Source: Zootoca vivipara (taxonomy: Eukaryota). Taken from it: a stretch of DNA of 64,000 nucleotides. The position numbers were made by a program, and so were the translations under genes. Below are positions 1-12,955 of this stretch, in pieces (within the stretch, counting starts at the first letter, position 1; every line of letters begins with the position of its first letter). Where the stretch lies: assembly GCF_963506605.1 (NCBI RefSeq), contig NC_083281.1:14012001-14076000 (forward strand), read 5' to 3'. Below the pieces are notes generated by a model, which had not been told where the DNA came from, did no database searches, and saw only the letters and a program-made list of their open reading frames with translations.

Positions 1-510
<510 letters not shown>

Positions 511-1239
511 GAAGAGACAAAAGGTAAGTGGGAAACCGTAAGCGCCTGCTTCTCTCAGAGGTAAAACAGTGCATCTCTAAGTACGGATGGGGCTTCGTCG
601 AAGTCTCCCCTGCTAGCTTCCAGTTCCGCTCTGCCTTAATGGAGGTACAGGGATCGTTGGCAAAAAACAAAGATGATTGTGAGTAATTCTCCTTGCAAGT
701 TCCCCCCAGGGACGGGGGAAACAGGCTTCACTCCCAGATCGTCTGGGTACTTGGCTCTCGCTCCGACATGGATTGCAGGAGGCAGGGAGGTGCTGAGTGC
801 AAAAGCCCTTCACCTGCCCCAAACCCTCCTTCGCCGCAGAGGTTCTCCTGTCCATTAGAGCTTAATTTGGACTAATGTACAGCCGTTGCTGGAAGAGATG
901 AGATCCTAAACTGTGGAATGGAACCAGCTGCAAGGTATTTAAGGTTTGAATTTGAAAAAAAGACTTCATTTGGTGCAAAAGACCGTGAGAGGGGAGCCTA
1001 CGGCTTTATATAAAGTTTTCTTCTCTTCATTTATGATTTGGCAACCCTCCCTTGAATATTGGTTCAATATATATATATATGTATAGGTGAGCAGAGATGA
1101 AACTGGACTGCAGATAAGGAATATAACATCAAATGGAACTGTGTGTGTAAGAAAAGGGAAAAGGGAGGGAAGCTCTATTTTGCAAAAAGTTTACAATGGA
1201 AAATTAGAGCTAACTCTTCCCCATCCTTAATTACTTACG

Positions 1240-1870
1240 GAGTTGTGAAGGAACTGATAAGGTTCCTTACTGAGTCATTTGCAGTTTGACAGATCACCTC
1301 CTTCCCAGGCTGAGAAAAAAATTGCCCAAACAGGTTATTTATTGGGACAGTGTGATTTTTGCAGCTGCTGTTAAAGTTGCAAAACAACGAAGCACGGGAC
1401 AGAAGGATGGAGAATTTCTGAAACCACAATGGGATATTAGCACCGCCCAAGGAATGATGGAGAACAGCAACAACCAGGAAAAGATAGACAGAACATTTTA
1501 CAAGGACAGGAAGAAACATCATGAACAGAAAATTTGTCACACACAGGAAGAATAAGGATATAGCTGGAGTGCCTCAGTTTTAGTTTTATATATTATTTGA
1601 TGTGTCAATATGATTGGGCATCATGAATACTGCAGTTGTTGTAAAAAGGATTGTTATCTTGACTAGAATGGAATTGAACTTAAAAAGATTTTGGAATGCA
1701 GAAATGAAGAAAATCATGAAACCATCAGTTTTAGCATGCGAGGGGCCACCTAAATTATATAATTTGGTATCTTAAAGATTGGTATTAGTAATTGTATTGT
1801 AATTTGACATTGTTATCATGAGGCTATTATTGGACTGTAATTGTAAACTACCGTAATAAAAATTATTATC
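1240..1870 (+). mobile_element. possible degraded L1-type LINE 3' end
   Basis: Purine-rich pseudo-ORF (VIYWDSVIFAAAVKVAK...EFLKPQWD) followed by an AT-rich tail with AATAAA; resemblance only. Confidence 0.3.
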
Positions 1871-2062
1871 GTAAAAGTCTGCCCTGCTGATTACATTTGG
1901 ACATTTGTACCCATTTCATATATTAGTTGTGCAAAAATACATCTCCCCTCCTTTGAGCTCTGGGCTCCAGGTGTCTTCACCGAAAAGATGTAAAGAACTC
2001 ACAGATTAGTTTCAAAACCAAGTGAATGTGACAAAACGCAGAAAATACTCCTTCCTCCTTAC

Positions 2063-2126
2063 CCAGAGGCCTCACTCTGGTGTCCAACAGAGTCTTCTCT
2101 TCCTCAGAAGAATCAAGATCCTTCCC
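2063..2126 (-). CDS. SCAN zinc-finger-type gene, short linker exon (GKDLDSSEEEKTLLDTRVRPL)
   Basis: ctctttcag acceptor, gtaagg donor, phase 0 start matches the phase 0 end of the SCAN exon. Confidence 0.6.
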
Positions 2127-2182
2127 CTGAAAGAGCAACAAGGATTCAAAACAGAGAATGGGGAGAAGGATTAGAAAAGGAA

Positions 2183-2645
2183 TGGCAGAGGCAAGCGCTT
2201 TCAGGGGACAGAGGTGAAAGCTGTTTCCTGCTTCTGCTAGACTGGTGTCTGGGATCGGCTGCCAGGACCATATAACATTGGTCCTCAAGGATCTTCACTG
2301 GCTCCCTGAATGTTTCCCAGCACAATTCAAATTGTTGGTGCTGAACTTTAAAGCCCTAAACGGCCTCAAAGGCCCAGTATACCCAAAGGAGCGTCTCCAT
2401 GAACTGAGGTCCAGCTCTGAGGGTCTTCTGCCGATTCCCTCATTGCAATAAGCAAAGTTACAGGGACGCAGGCAGAGGGCTTTCTCAACAGTGGCACCCA
2501 CCCTTTGGAAGGCTCTCCCATGAGATGATAATTAGATAAAGAACTGCGTAACTTCTAAAAGACATCTGATGTCTTATTATGCTTTTATATGTGCTGGAAG
2601 GCAACCAACCACATAGTTGTGATTAATTATAATAATAATAATAAT
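2183..2645 (+). mobile_element. L2-clade LINE 3' fragment
   Basis: HITLVLKDLHWLP...FKLLVLNFKALNG motif typical of the L2 ORF2 end, plus (TAA)n tail. Confidence 0.8.
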
Positions 2646-2754
2646 CTGTTCCTAGATGATTTCCAAAAAGGATGGGGCATTAGTAAATAATTTGGGAATA
2701 CTCTCTCTCCTGTTTAGAGCCCCTTTGCAGTATCCAGAGGAAAGTCTCTCTCAC

Positions 2755-3159
2755 CTGCTGCTCTGCCTGCTTTCTCTCCTCTGCCTGACTCAGGAGGAAT
2801 CCTTCGGCCAGGGCCACTGCCTGGGAACTGGTCTCCACTCTACATTCCCTCACCCAGCTCTCCATCTCTGGAGGAAGGACAGCCAGGAACTGCTCCAAGA
2901 TCAGCAGGTCCAGCATCTCAGCTTTCGTGTGCCTTTCTGGCCTCAGCCATTGATGGACAAAGTGGTAGAGTTGACTGCAAACCTCTCGGGGTCCTTTGGC
3001 CTCCTGGTAGCAGAACTGCCTGAACAGCTGGCTCTGCACAGCTGAGTAGAGGGTGTCCTCCTCACTCAGAATCTTCTGCATGGAGTTTCTCCCACTGCTC
3101 TGAGTTTCCAGGGCATGGCCTCTTCCTGCTTCAGGGCCAGCTGAGTCTTGCTCATCCAT
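2755..3159 (-). CDS. SCAN domain exon of a ZSCAN/ZKSCAN-like gene (first coding exon; gene continues left of the window)
   Basis: MDEQDSAG...[62 protein letters not shown] is a SCAN domain; acceptor at 3250, CAG|gtgaga donor at 2755. Confidence 0.9.
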
Positions 3160-3455
3160 CTGTGCTCCTGGGAAGTCTCCAAGAGATCGGAAGGAGCCCC
3201 TTGGTCCTCTGCCAAGTTCAGTGGGTCCTAATGCGAGGTGCAACAAATCCTACAAACACATTCTTCTATTATAAGACTAATACGCAGCCAAGAGAAGAGG
3301 AATGTTCCCTGAGGAAGCGTGGATGAGTCTTGCTAGGAACAGCACTGGATTGCACCACAGCTCAGACTCCAAGCTGTCTGCAAAACTGCAAAAAAGGACT
3401 GAGGAGAAGGAAGAAGCAATAACTGTAAATGACAAGTGAGTCATTTGTATCAAGT

Positions 3456-3859
3456 GTAATTTTTACCGAAGGCAATAGTGGGGGTCCCTCCCAACCCCAC
3501 TTCATAGTTCCAGAGCTTCACCCCAACCCAGCCATATCTGTTTGGGTGGCCTTGGTGACCAGGAGGGCCCAGGTCTAGCTCCAGCCACCGTCCCTTGGCA
3601 TAGAGAGGATGTGGCCATGGGATTTCCTGCTCTGGATCCGATGGGATGTTTGCCCTGGAAGACGGCTCGGAAACTGGCCCCAAATGCAGCGGTTGCATGG
3701 GGTGGGACTTTGCTCAGAATAACACCATTACTGCAATGGAGAGGCGCTTTTCACAATCTCTCTCTGTAAATATTGAATAAAGGACTCGGTAGCAACTCCT
3801 CTTGTTATCTACTTCTCGGTTGGCCACTTTGGAGGGATCGGATTCCCTGAAGCCCGACA
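3456..3859 (+). mobile_element. possible solo LTR
   Basis: TGTAAT...GACA ends and AATAAA near 3776; no TSD found. Confidence 0.3.
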
Positions 3860-4049
3860 GGTGGCATCTACCCCTCCTCATTGAAGACCCACAAAAATGC
3901 TTTGGAATACATGTAATTCTTTTTTAAAAAATACCTGCATTGGTTGCCAGTTCATTTCTGGGCCTAAGTATTTCAGTTCAACCCTGACTTGCATAAAAAG
4001 GTACATCTCTTGCGAGGGGCCAATGGCTGGAGATCCCTCTGGGCTCCAT

Positions 4050-4845
4050 CCCTGACCCGCCAGCATCTCTTCGCCCCCCAAAGGGCAGCTGGACCTGGCC
4101 AGGGCCCCCTTCCCCCTCTCTTCCGCCCGGCCCGGCTTGGCCCCCCCTTCCTGCCTCCCGGGGGAGGGAGGTCCACAGGCTTCACCGCAGCCCCCTCTCC
4201 CGCCTTCCCATAGCGGAGCAGAGAGGAGACCCACCAGATCCCGGCAGGCGAGAGGAACAGGCAGCTCTGGCCGAGCAGACCCTCTTGCAGGAAATGACGT
4301 CAGAGGGGAGGAGCGGCTCCGCGTTTATTTCCGGTCCCCTCTAGGAAGCCAGTTCAGCGCCACTTAACCCTTGGCGACCTGCTCCCTCCGTGTGGAAGAG
4401 GCCGGACTTGGGCCCGCCTGGCCCCGGAATGGGTGGGGCCCCGGGGGGGGCTGGGGAGGGTGCTGGGGCCCCTGGGCCGAGAGGAGGGGCGGCTGGCAGG
4501 GATCCCCCTCCCAGAAGCCGGGACTGGGCGCGTGTGCGTGGGAAAGGGGAACCCGTGTCCGGGAGGGAGGAGGAGCCCGTCTGTCTGCCTGGGGCTCCGG
4601 GGCTGGGAAGGGGAGTCTGGGCGGAGGAGCGGGGAGCCTTCCAGGGCCGGGCAGGGAGGGTGGAGTCCCGCCTGACTCTCTTGGGGACCCCCTGGGCAGC
4701 TCTGGTGGTGGTGGGCTGTCCCTCTGGAAGGGGCTGCCGGGGTCGGAGGTGGGGGGGGGTCCAGGGCAGAGAGCCCTGTACCAGCAAGAGGGGGTCCCCG
4801 GGGGCTGCAAGGGGGGCCGAAAGGACAGGTCGAGGGGGGAGACAG
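4050..4845. promoter_or_regulatory. GC/CpG-rich promoter region of the SCAN gene
   Basis: High GC; perfect CRE TGACGTCA at 4295-4302; ETS-like TTCCGG at 4329-4334. Confidence 0.65.
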
Positions 4846-5159
4846 GGTGGTGTAGTGGGTAAGAGCGGTAGACTCGTAATCTGGGGAACCGGGTTCGCGT
4901 ATCCGCTCCTCCACATGCAGCTGCTGGGTGACCTTGGGCTAGTCACACTTCTCTGAAGTCTCTCAGCCCCACTCACCTCACAGAGTGTTTGTTGTGGGGG
5001 AGGGAGGGAAAGGAGAATGTTAGCCGCTTTGAGACTCCTTCGGTAGTGATAAAGCGGGATATCAAATCCAAACTCTTCTTCTTCTTCTTCTTCTTCTTCT
5101 TCTTCTTCTTCTTCTTCTTCTTCTTCTTCTTCTTCTTCTTCTTCTTCTTCTTCTTCTTC
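4845..5159 (+). mobile_element. tRNA-derived SINE with long (TTC)n tail
   Basis: A-box (gtgtagtgg) and B-box (gggttcgcgt)-like head, second copy at 53965-54200, (TTC)n at 5074-5159. Confidence 0.85.
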
Positions 5160-5978
5160 GACATGGGATACAAATGGAGTTATTCCGGTTGCTGGGGGAG
5201 GAGCATCTGTATCGTAGCATATGTTGTTTTGTCTCCCTATTTCAGCAATAAATATACGGTATGTTCTTAGTGAAGTCCCATTGGAAACAATCGGACTTGA
5301 TTATTGCACTTTATACTGGACCTTAAGACTCCGAGCATGAGATTTTGTACACATTTTTTAATCTCTTTGTATATGTGAAGGTTGTTGGTGCATATACATT
5401 TAAATATTTGCACTTCACAGTTGTTTACCTTTTCATTGTTTTGCTAACATTACCGTGTTGTCTGTTTGTTGCTGCAAACTCTCTGGGGAGCTAGGAGAGT
5501 ACTATGTAAGGATACTGGCCAGCAAATATTGCCGTCTAATAGCTCACGTGATACTTTTTCCTGATCTTTTTCAATGCACATTATAGGTAGGTGTGTGTGT
5601 GTGTTTGTGTTCTGAATGCAGGCTATTTATTCCACATTTTCCATCCCACAGAAGTAAGAAAATGTCACCCTAGAATAATGTTGGTGATGGGATGGTCTGC
5701 AGGGGTTTGGCAGGCCACCCACCTCTTTGCCAACCAGGTCAGGAAGCGGAAAGGCCTGGCTGCAACTGTTGGCACCTGAGGATGTCACCCGCAGATGCCA
5801 TTCACTTGCCCACAGGACCCACAGCTACAGTGAATCTGGAAGTGGGGGAGACCCAAAGATGAAGCCATTCTCTCATGTTAGCATGTGGATTTAGTTCCCT
5901 CTGGTGCCCAAAGGCAGGGAATGCTGGTCTTTTCCTCCCCCTTTTGATCAGTCCGTCTTGGGCTCAGAAGAGAACCAT

Positions 5979-5979
<1 letters not shown>

Positions 5980-6022
<43 letters not shown>

Positions 6023-6023
6023 T
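5980..6023. repeat. (GT)n microsatellite
   Basis: Direct reading. Confidence 0.95.
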
Positions 6024-6595
6024 CCCAATTCGTCTCCTCAGGCTTGTCTCAGTTTTCCTTTGTGGAGAGTCTGGACTGAGCCAGCATCTAACTGTGTAAT
6101 TGTAGAAGTTTCTCATTTCGGTTTTCCTTTAAGGTTTTCCATTAAGGTTTACAGAGAAGGTTGCAGCAAAGGGAGCTTGAGTGGGCACCCACTAAATTGC
6201 AGGAAACTGAACAGGTAATAATGACACACTTGTATTGTGTTGACTCTCAAGGGACCAACTCAATATCACCGGTTTAGAGCACCCTGGCACCCTGTTGGCA
6301 GAACGTCTCCACTTCACGGGCTGCTCAACTCTGTCAAAGAAAGAGAGGGGATGAATAGGTCCCCCTCACAGGCTGACCTCCAGTTTGACCTGCACCAAGC
6401 TCCCTGGATTGCAGGGGGTTGGACTAGATGACCCTCAGGGTACCTTCCAACTCTACATTTCTATGAAAAAATGGGTCGCCAGCAAGTCCCATGGCTCCCC
6501 ACAAATTCCTTTTGCCTCTCAGTTGGCAATGTGGAGTGTGTGTGTCAGGTGTTTTTTTTTTAAAAAAAAAATTGTTAGCTTATAGTTAACATATA

Positions 6596-6777
6596 CCGTA
6601 TATTCCGGCGTATAAGACGACTGGGCGTATAAGACGACCCCCAACTTTTCCAGTAAAAATATAGAGTTTGGGATATACTCGCCGTATTAATAAAACGACT
6701 CTGCGTATAAGATGACTCCCGACTTTTGAAAAGATTTTCCTGGGTTAAAAAGTAGTCTTATATGCAGGAATATACTG
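6596..6777. mobile_element. Tc1/mariner-type MITE
   Basis: TIRs ccgtatattcc / ggaatatactg flanked by TA; internal tataagacgac repeats. Confidence 0.8.
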
Positions 6778-7332
6778 TACTTAACCAGAGTAAAAAAAAA
6801 TAGCTTGGAAGCTGGACCGACCACCTATCATCTCCCTCATTCACTCATCAGTAGCATTGCTTGAAAAGATAAAATAAAATATGCAGAATTCCCAAGGATG
6901 GCTTTGGATTCTAAGCCTACGTTGTGAGATAGAGTTTATCCTGGATTGTTTTATTCGATGCTTTAATGTGTTGTTAACTGCTTTGATATATATATTTTAA
7001 AAATAAAAAGTATAAAAATGGAATGTATTGTTATTATTATTTCCAGTACTCTCAAGGTTGCCTGGAACAATATTCTTCAACCACCAAATGCCAGTGAAAT
7101 GGAAAATGCTTTTTAACCCCCCCCCCCAATTCATAAGGGTGGGGAAAGATGGAGAATCACTACTGGACTGATCACTGATCCTGTTGTGGATCAGTGCCAA
7201 TCAGGCAGTCCATGGTAGGGGCATCAGAAATCACTGCTACCTAAGCCTAGCATCATCCCGTTCCTGTGTCTGCTATTCCCTCCAATTCTGGAGATAAGAA
7301 ACCTAGGAAGTTGCCTTTCAGAGCCTCTGGAC

Positions 7333-7571
7333 CAGGGGTCAGCAAACTTTTTCAGCAGGGGGCCGGTCTTCTGTCCCTCAGACCTTGTGGGGGACCAGAC
7401 TATTTTGGGGGGGGGGGTGAACGAATTCCTATGCCCCACAAATAACCCAGAGGTGCATTTTAAGTAAAATGACACATTCTACTCATGTAAAAACACGCTG
7501 ATACGCTGGATTGAGAAGGCAATTGGGCCGGATCCGGATCCGGCCCATGGGTCTTAGTTTGCCTACCCATG
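7333..7571 (+). mobile_element. non-autonomous hAT element
   Basis: caggggt...cccatg ends with a perfect 8-bp TSD CTCTGGAC. Confidence 0.9.
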
Positions 7572-7632
7572 CTCTGGACAGGCAGAGATTCAGTAGAGCA
7601 AGAGTTAGTCACTGTGAGGAGACGGCATAGAG

Positions 7633-7768
7633 CAGGCATCCCCAAACTGTGGCCCTCCAGATGTTTTGGCCTACAACTCCCATGATCCCTAGCTAACAGG
7701 ACCAGTGGTCGGGGAAGATGGGAATTGTAGTCTAAAACATCTGGAGGGCCAAAGTTTGGGGGTGCCTG
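7633..7768. mobile_element. 136-bp palindromic hAT MITE
   Basis: Long TIRs; perfect 8-bp TSD GCATAGAG. Confidence 0.92.
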
Positions 7769-8792
7769 GCATAGAGTTTAACCTGCTGCACTTCATACAG
7801 TCAGACAGCTGTTAAGCTGTAGGAACATCATCAGGGTCAGGGAAAGAAGTCTGTTGAGATGACCTGCTAGGCACCCAGCCCCACGGTCTGAGCCCTATAT
7901 GCTGTTCTCTGTTTGCTTCACAAAAGTGCCAAGTGCCACCCAAAAATTCATGGAAACCAGAGCTTTGGAGCAATGGGTGCCAAGTACACACCATTTTATT
8001 TTATTCCAGTCATACATTCAAAGGATCTGCACTGATTTTGAGAAGGGGCAAGGGGGGGGGGAGTTTTGAGCTGCAAACCTAAGAAGAAAATCCTAGTGAA
8101 TTGGGGATTATCTGATCCAGATCATCTGCAGATGAAAAAGATAATCCCACCCTTTTTTATCCCTTACCTGGCAAAAAGCCTACGTGAGCATGGATGAAAC
8201 ATGTCTGGATCCTTCAGCAGAAAGACTTGTCATGCATTTAGCTCTTGGCTCTGAGTTTTGCAAACTCTATAAGGGGTGTGGCTAATCACTGTACGATCTT
8301 GGGCGTGGCTTTGAATAATTGTGATAAGATGCAAATATTATGCAAGCCCAATTTCCTTGGTTATAAATTATGAGGTTTATTTTATAATAATAATTTATTT
8401 ATTTATACCCCACCCTTCCAGGTTTAAAAACCAGGCTCAGGGCAGCTAACAGCAAATACAAAACACTGATTAAAATGCGACTTAAAAACAGCATAAAATA
8501 CAACATAAAATGCAGCATCAATATAAAATTCAGGGGTCATTTTGGGGGGGGCGGGAATAAAAATCAAACACTATATAAATTTTATGAAATAGATAAAAAT
8601 AAATGCAATGCCACCAATTGCCATGTCATTTATTGTCGTCTTGTTGTTTGCATCCATTTTTCTCTGGAGACAAAGGAGGAGTGTGCCTTTCAGAGTGAAG
8701 TCAAGCTGTTGGATGGCTGCAGCGCCTGCTGTGGAGAGACATGTTTTGTTGCAGCTAGGGCAGATGAAGGAGTCTGGTTGTGTTGCTGCAGA

Positions 8793-8910
8793 TGCACTTA
8801 ACCTCAGGGTCATGGGTTCGAGCCCCACACTGGGCAAAATATTATTCCACTGCAGGGGGTTGGGCTAGATGACCCTCTTGGTCCCTTCCAACTCTACAAT
8901 TCTAGGATTG
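8793..8910 (+). mobile_element. short tRNA-derived SINE with CR1-type tail (Squam3-like)
   Basis: B-box gggttcgagccc followed by the CR1-like end tagatgacc...ggtcccttccaactct. Confidence 0.7.
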
Positions 8911-9203
8911 ATGTAGCATTTCTTCACACAAGAGACCGAAGCTCCATGTTCTATAGCTACCCTACTAGCCCTGACAAAAGTCCATTGTTTTCTTTTATTG
9001 ATCCAATGGCATTTAGATCCAACTGGAACTTTTGCTGCTGTTAAAGCGCTTACATCTTGATGGTCTCTCATTTAAGGGATGCCGCTATATGGCAACAAGT
9101 TGTTTATGGTGTTGAAAGAGATCGATGATACCATGTCAGAGGGGAAGAGGGGCTCAGGGCTCTATGAATGCCACAACATGCAGGCCTCCACAGTCACTTA
9201 CGG

Positions 9204-9341
9204 CAGTGTTTCTCAACCAGTGTGCCTCCAGATGTTTTGGGACTACAACTCCCATCATCCCTAGCTAGCAAGACCAGTGGTCAGGAATGATGGGAGTTGT
9301 AGTCCCAAAACATCTGGAGGCACACTGGTTGAGAAACACTG
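9204..9341. mobile_element. palindromic hAT MITE (second subfamily)
   Basis: TIR cagtgtttctcaacc / ggttgagaaacactg; perfect 8-bp TSD ACTTACGG. Confidence 0.92.
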
Positions 9342-10086
9342 ACTTACGGACTCATTGTTAAAACCATGTTTATGGAAGACAATCTTAGTCGTCTATGAGG
9401 GATCGCCAAAGAAGAAGAAGATTCCTGCGGCAACTCCCTATCAAAAATTCTGATATGTGTACATTAACTTGATGAAGGCAGCTGGATGATGAAGGCAGGA
9501 TCACAAAGGAATAGGCAAATAGCTTCACATAGCAGGTATTCCTTCCTTGGCAGCTTCTAGACATATGCGTAGGCTTTTCTCAGGAAATCTTACATCTGAA
9601 AAGGCAGCACTTGCCAAATAAATGTACTCTCTTCCGAGGAAAAGACCTGCTTTCTCAGCAAAGTGTGAATGCTGTCAGTGAGCCAAACATCCCTAATGAT
9701 ATTTCAGTAAGCTGTTGGACCTGTAGAGAGGTGTAGTAAGCAGGACACTATTATTTCTTTTCCAGAGAGGCCACGTAAAACCAGGTGTTAGGTTGGTGAA
9801 GGCTACACAGTGGGGCGTGTCATTTAAGGACGAAAAAAAATTTTTTTTTTATTTCCTCAATGAGGGGTTCTAAAAATATGTTATTGCACATGAGGAATCC
9901 AAATCTGCAATTATTTTTATGATTGGTTGATGTTTAGCTTGGTAAATTGAGATCTGTTTGAAATACACTAAAAAAAAGCCAAAAACTCGCATTTTGAAGC
10001 GAAGTTAAAGTATTTAATCATTTTATACAAGCGAAAATATAAAGAAATTTTGTTTCCAGCTGTAACAACATATCATTACTTTATCT

Positions 10087-10221
10087 TAGGCATCCCCAAA
10101 CTGTGGCCCTCCAGATGTTTTGCCTACAACTCCCATGATCCCTAGCTAACAGGACCAATGATCAGGGATGATGGGGATTGTAGTCCAAAACATCTGGAGG
10201 GCCGAAGTTTGGGGATGCCTG
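10087..10221. mobile_element. palindromic hAT MITE
   Basis: Same family as 7633-7768; TSD CTTTATCT. Confidence 0.9.
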
Positions 10222-11329
10222 CTTTATCTTATAACGTCCTATTATAGTAAATAATAATAATAAATTAACAACTTCAAGGGCTGGTGTCACATGATCATGT
10301 ATCTGCTGAGGGCCCACATCTGAGTAGGAGAGCCACTGGCAGAAGCCCCCTGGACCATGCTCTTCAAAAGAAGTGTACACTGTTAAAATTTGATTCCTGT
10401 AGAATCTAAAGGCCTGCTCTTGATCCTCACAAAGATGGTGTCAGACTTAGAGAAACCATATTCCATGCAGGTCAAGACTTCTGTTCATTTAATGGTTCTG
10501 AAGCAGGAGAATATATAGTATTTCCATCCTTCCATCACTGTGATAGAAGGGTTACCATAATGCTTATTATCCATGCTACTATTGAAGGAACTAAAATCTT
10601 GTCTTTCTTAAAATGTGGCAATCCTTATCTTAAGATTGGGTGCCTGCCCAACAGCCTTAATCCTACACTATCAGAATGCTGTTTTTGCACCCCCAATTTA
10701 TCCAATAAGGAAAGACCGTCACTCGACTGAACTTTGGTAGCTCTACTTTACAGTGTACCTATTTTTAACACCTCCAAGTAGTTTATCCAGTCCTCTGCAT
10801 AGACTTCCTTATCGTGTTTATCATCATAGCTATTCTTCAAAGAAAACATGCTTTTCTCCTTCATGGGAATAAAATTCTGTTTGCAAAGGGTGGGAGTGAG
10901 CAACAAAAGGACACAATTCTCTGCTGAATATAGTATATATATATAGAATATAGTATAGTATAATAAAATGATGTTGGTGGGTGAGGATCCCAGCTCCTTT
11001 GATGACCACACAATTGTTCTGCTACCAGAGATGCTCTGTAACATATTCAAGCAAGACCCCAGCCCCCAGTCTCCAATGCAACACAGAAGACAATTGCTAG
11101 GGCTGGTTAGATGTCCTCATGCCACCCCATTCTGTCTATCTCGGATAGATGAGAAATCTACTTGTCAGAGCATTTCAGCTTTGAAACCCCAACGACCTCA
11201 GTGGGTGGACTGGTGGTAGAAAGCAAAAAAGATATCACATACTGTTGTTTAATATTAATAATACAGTAATATTAATATTAATATTAATAGTACAGATAAC
11301 TACAATACATATGTAAGAGAACTACAATA

Positions 11330-11581
11330 CAGTGGTACCCCACAAGACGAATGCCTCATGCAACGAAAAACTCTCAAGATGAAAGCGTTTTGCGTTGCGT
11401 GAGGCAACTCGCAAGACAAAGTTTCCTATGACCGCGCTTTGCAAGACAAATAGGAATGCATTAACTAAATGGGTAGACCGGGTAAACCGGGAAAATTTTA
11501 AACCATGCTTTGCAAGATGAGTTTTTTGCTATACGAAGCGACTTGCAGAACAAATTAATTTCATCTTGCAAGGTACCACTG
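11330..11581. mobile_element. Tigger/pogo-like MITE
   Basis: TA-cagtggtacc...ggtaccactg-TA. Confidence 0.85.
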
Positions 11582-12076
11582 TATCTTGTAATCAATTTTA
11601 GGCACTTATCAACATCTGTTTTCATCAAAATTGGGGAATAACCTATATGTTTATAAATGACGGAAATTTGAAAAATGTTAAAAAGTAGGAACTTTTCACA
11701 TAGAGATTTACCAAGCAAGACCTCAATATTTACAAGGAACCAAAATAGATTTCAAATTACCTCATCATACCACAACTTTTTAACACCCCTCAAATCAGGA
11801 TTTTTAAAGATGAAAAATTCAACACGCCCTACTACACAGGCTTCCATTTCTTTCTGACTTTAGGGCTGGTCAAGAAACTGTTGAGGTTTAATCACTGAAT
11901 CAAATGCAGCTGGCTCGCAGTTGGATGTTGCCAGGATACGGGTGGCACTGCCCCTAAACTTCGCACAACATTACTGAGAATTTTGGGGGGTTTTTTTGTA
12001 GATAAGATCCTTTCTCATAAATGGAATCGATCCTCAGTGAATTCAGCAGATGTAAGGCTCACGTGCCTTGCCCCCA

Positions 12077-12112
<36 letters not shown>

Positions 12113-12842
12113 GCATGCTCTTAGGTGACCCACCTTGACCCTGATATAAGCTGGAGAAAAGGGACATTCTAGGAAGCATCGATTGTCCTCTCTGCTGCTC
12201 CAACTGCCACTCCCTGTTTGGTTCCTGTACTTCAGAAGTTACGTGGGCAGCCACATAGGTAAGAATTCAAGAGGTTGCCTATTGCCTCGCCCTGAGTCCA
12301 GGCCTGTTGGTCCACCTGGCTCAGCATCGCCTTCAAAGACCAGCTATGGGTGGCTCTCTAGAGTTTCGGACAGACACCTTTTGCCAGCCCTATCTGGAGA
12401 TGCTCAGGATTGAACCTGGCAAGCAACACATGTGCTCTGCTGCCCCTGACTTGTGGCCAAGAGGGAGGGTCTCCTAGGAGGGGATGCCTAATATTTTTAT
12501 TTTTATTTTTTAAAAAACGACAACCTCTAAGCATTGTACAAGGCAGCAGCTGGAACATCTGGTAGGTGGTGCGGTGGGAAAATCTCCCACCAGAGGTTTG
12601 CGCACCGGCCGTGTCTTTCCTGAGGCCAAAACTCAGAGGCAAGGCACATTAAAGCAAAGAAAACAGGAATTACCAATTTATTCCATGCTCAAGCCTAGAG
12701 GTCCAGCTACTAACCATCTGGAAAGCTAGCAAAAAAGAAAAGAAAAAAGGACAGGACTCCAAACAAAGGGCTCGAAGGATTTTTATACCCATTTTGAAAC
12801 AAGCAGGTTTTTACTTGCAGGGTGGGCTATCTGTCTTCCTCG

Positions 12843-12955
12843 TAAAGGTAAAGGTAAAGGCAAATGGACCCCTGACAGTTAAGTCCAGTCACGAACGACT
12901 CTGGGGTTGCAGCACTCCTCTCACTTTACAGGCCTTGGGAGCTGGCGTTTGTCCG
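12843..12955 (-). mobile_element. Sauria SINE 3' fragment
   Basis: (TAAAGG)n tail and body matching other copies in the window. Confidence 0.8.

Noticed and set aside
4845-4920. tRNA-like sequence
   Set aside because: Head of a SINE that continues into body and tail; second copy at 53965-54200; not a tRNA gene
4341-4976. Several overlapping 150-210 aa ORFs
   Set aside because: Pro/Gly-rich products of a GC-rich island and a SINE; no domain recognised
4973-5270. Poly-K and poly-F ORFs
   Set aside because: Translation of the (TTC)n SINE tail
9594-9720. 127-nt exon-like segment as a KRAB-A exon or selenoprotein exon
   Set aside because: No KRAB motif in any frame, it lies upstream of the SCAN gene promoter, and no SECIS evidence was seen
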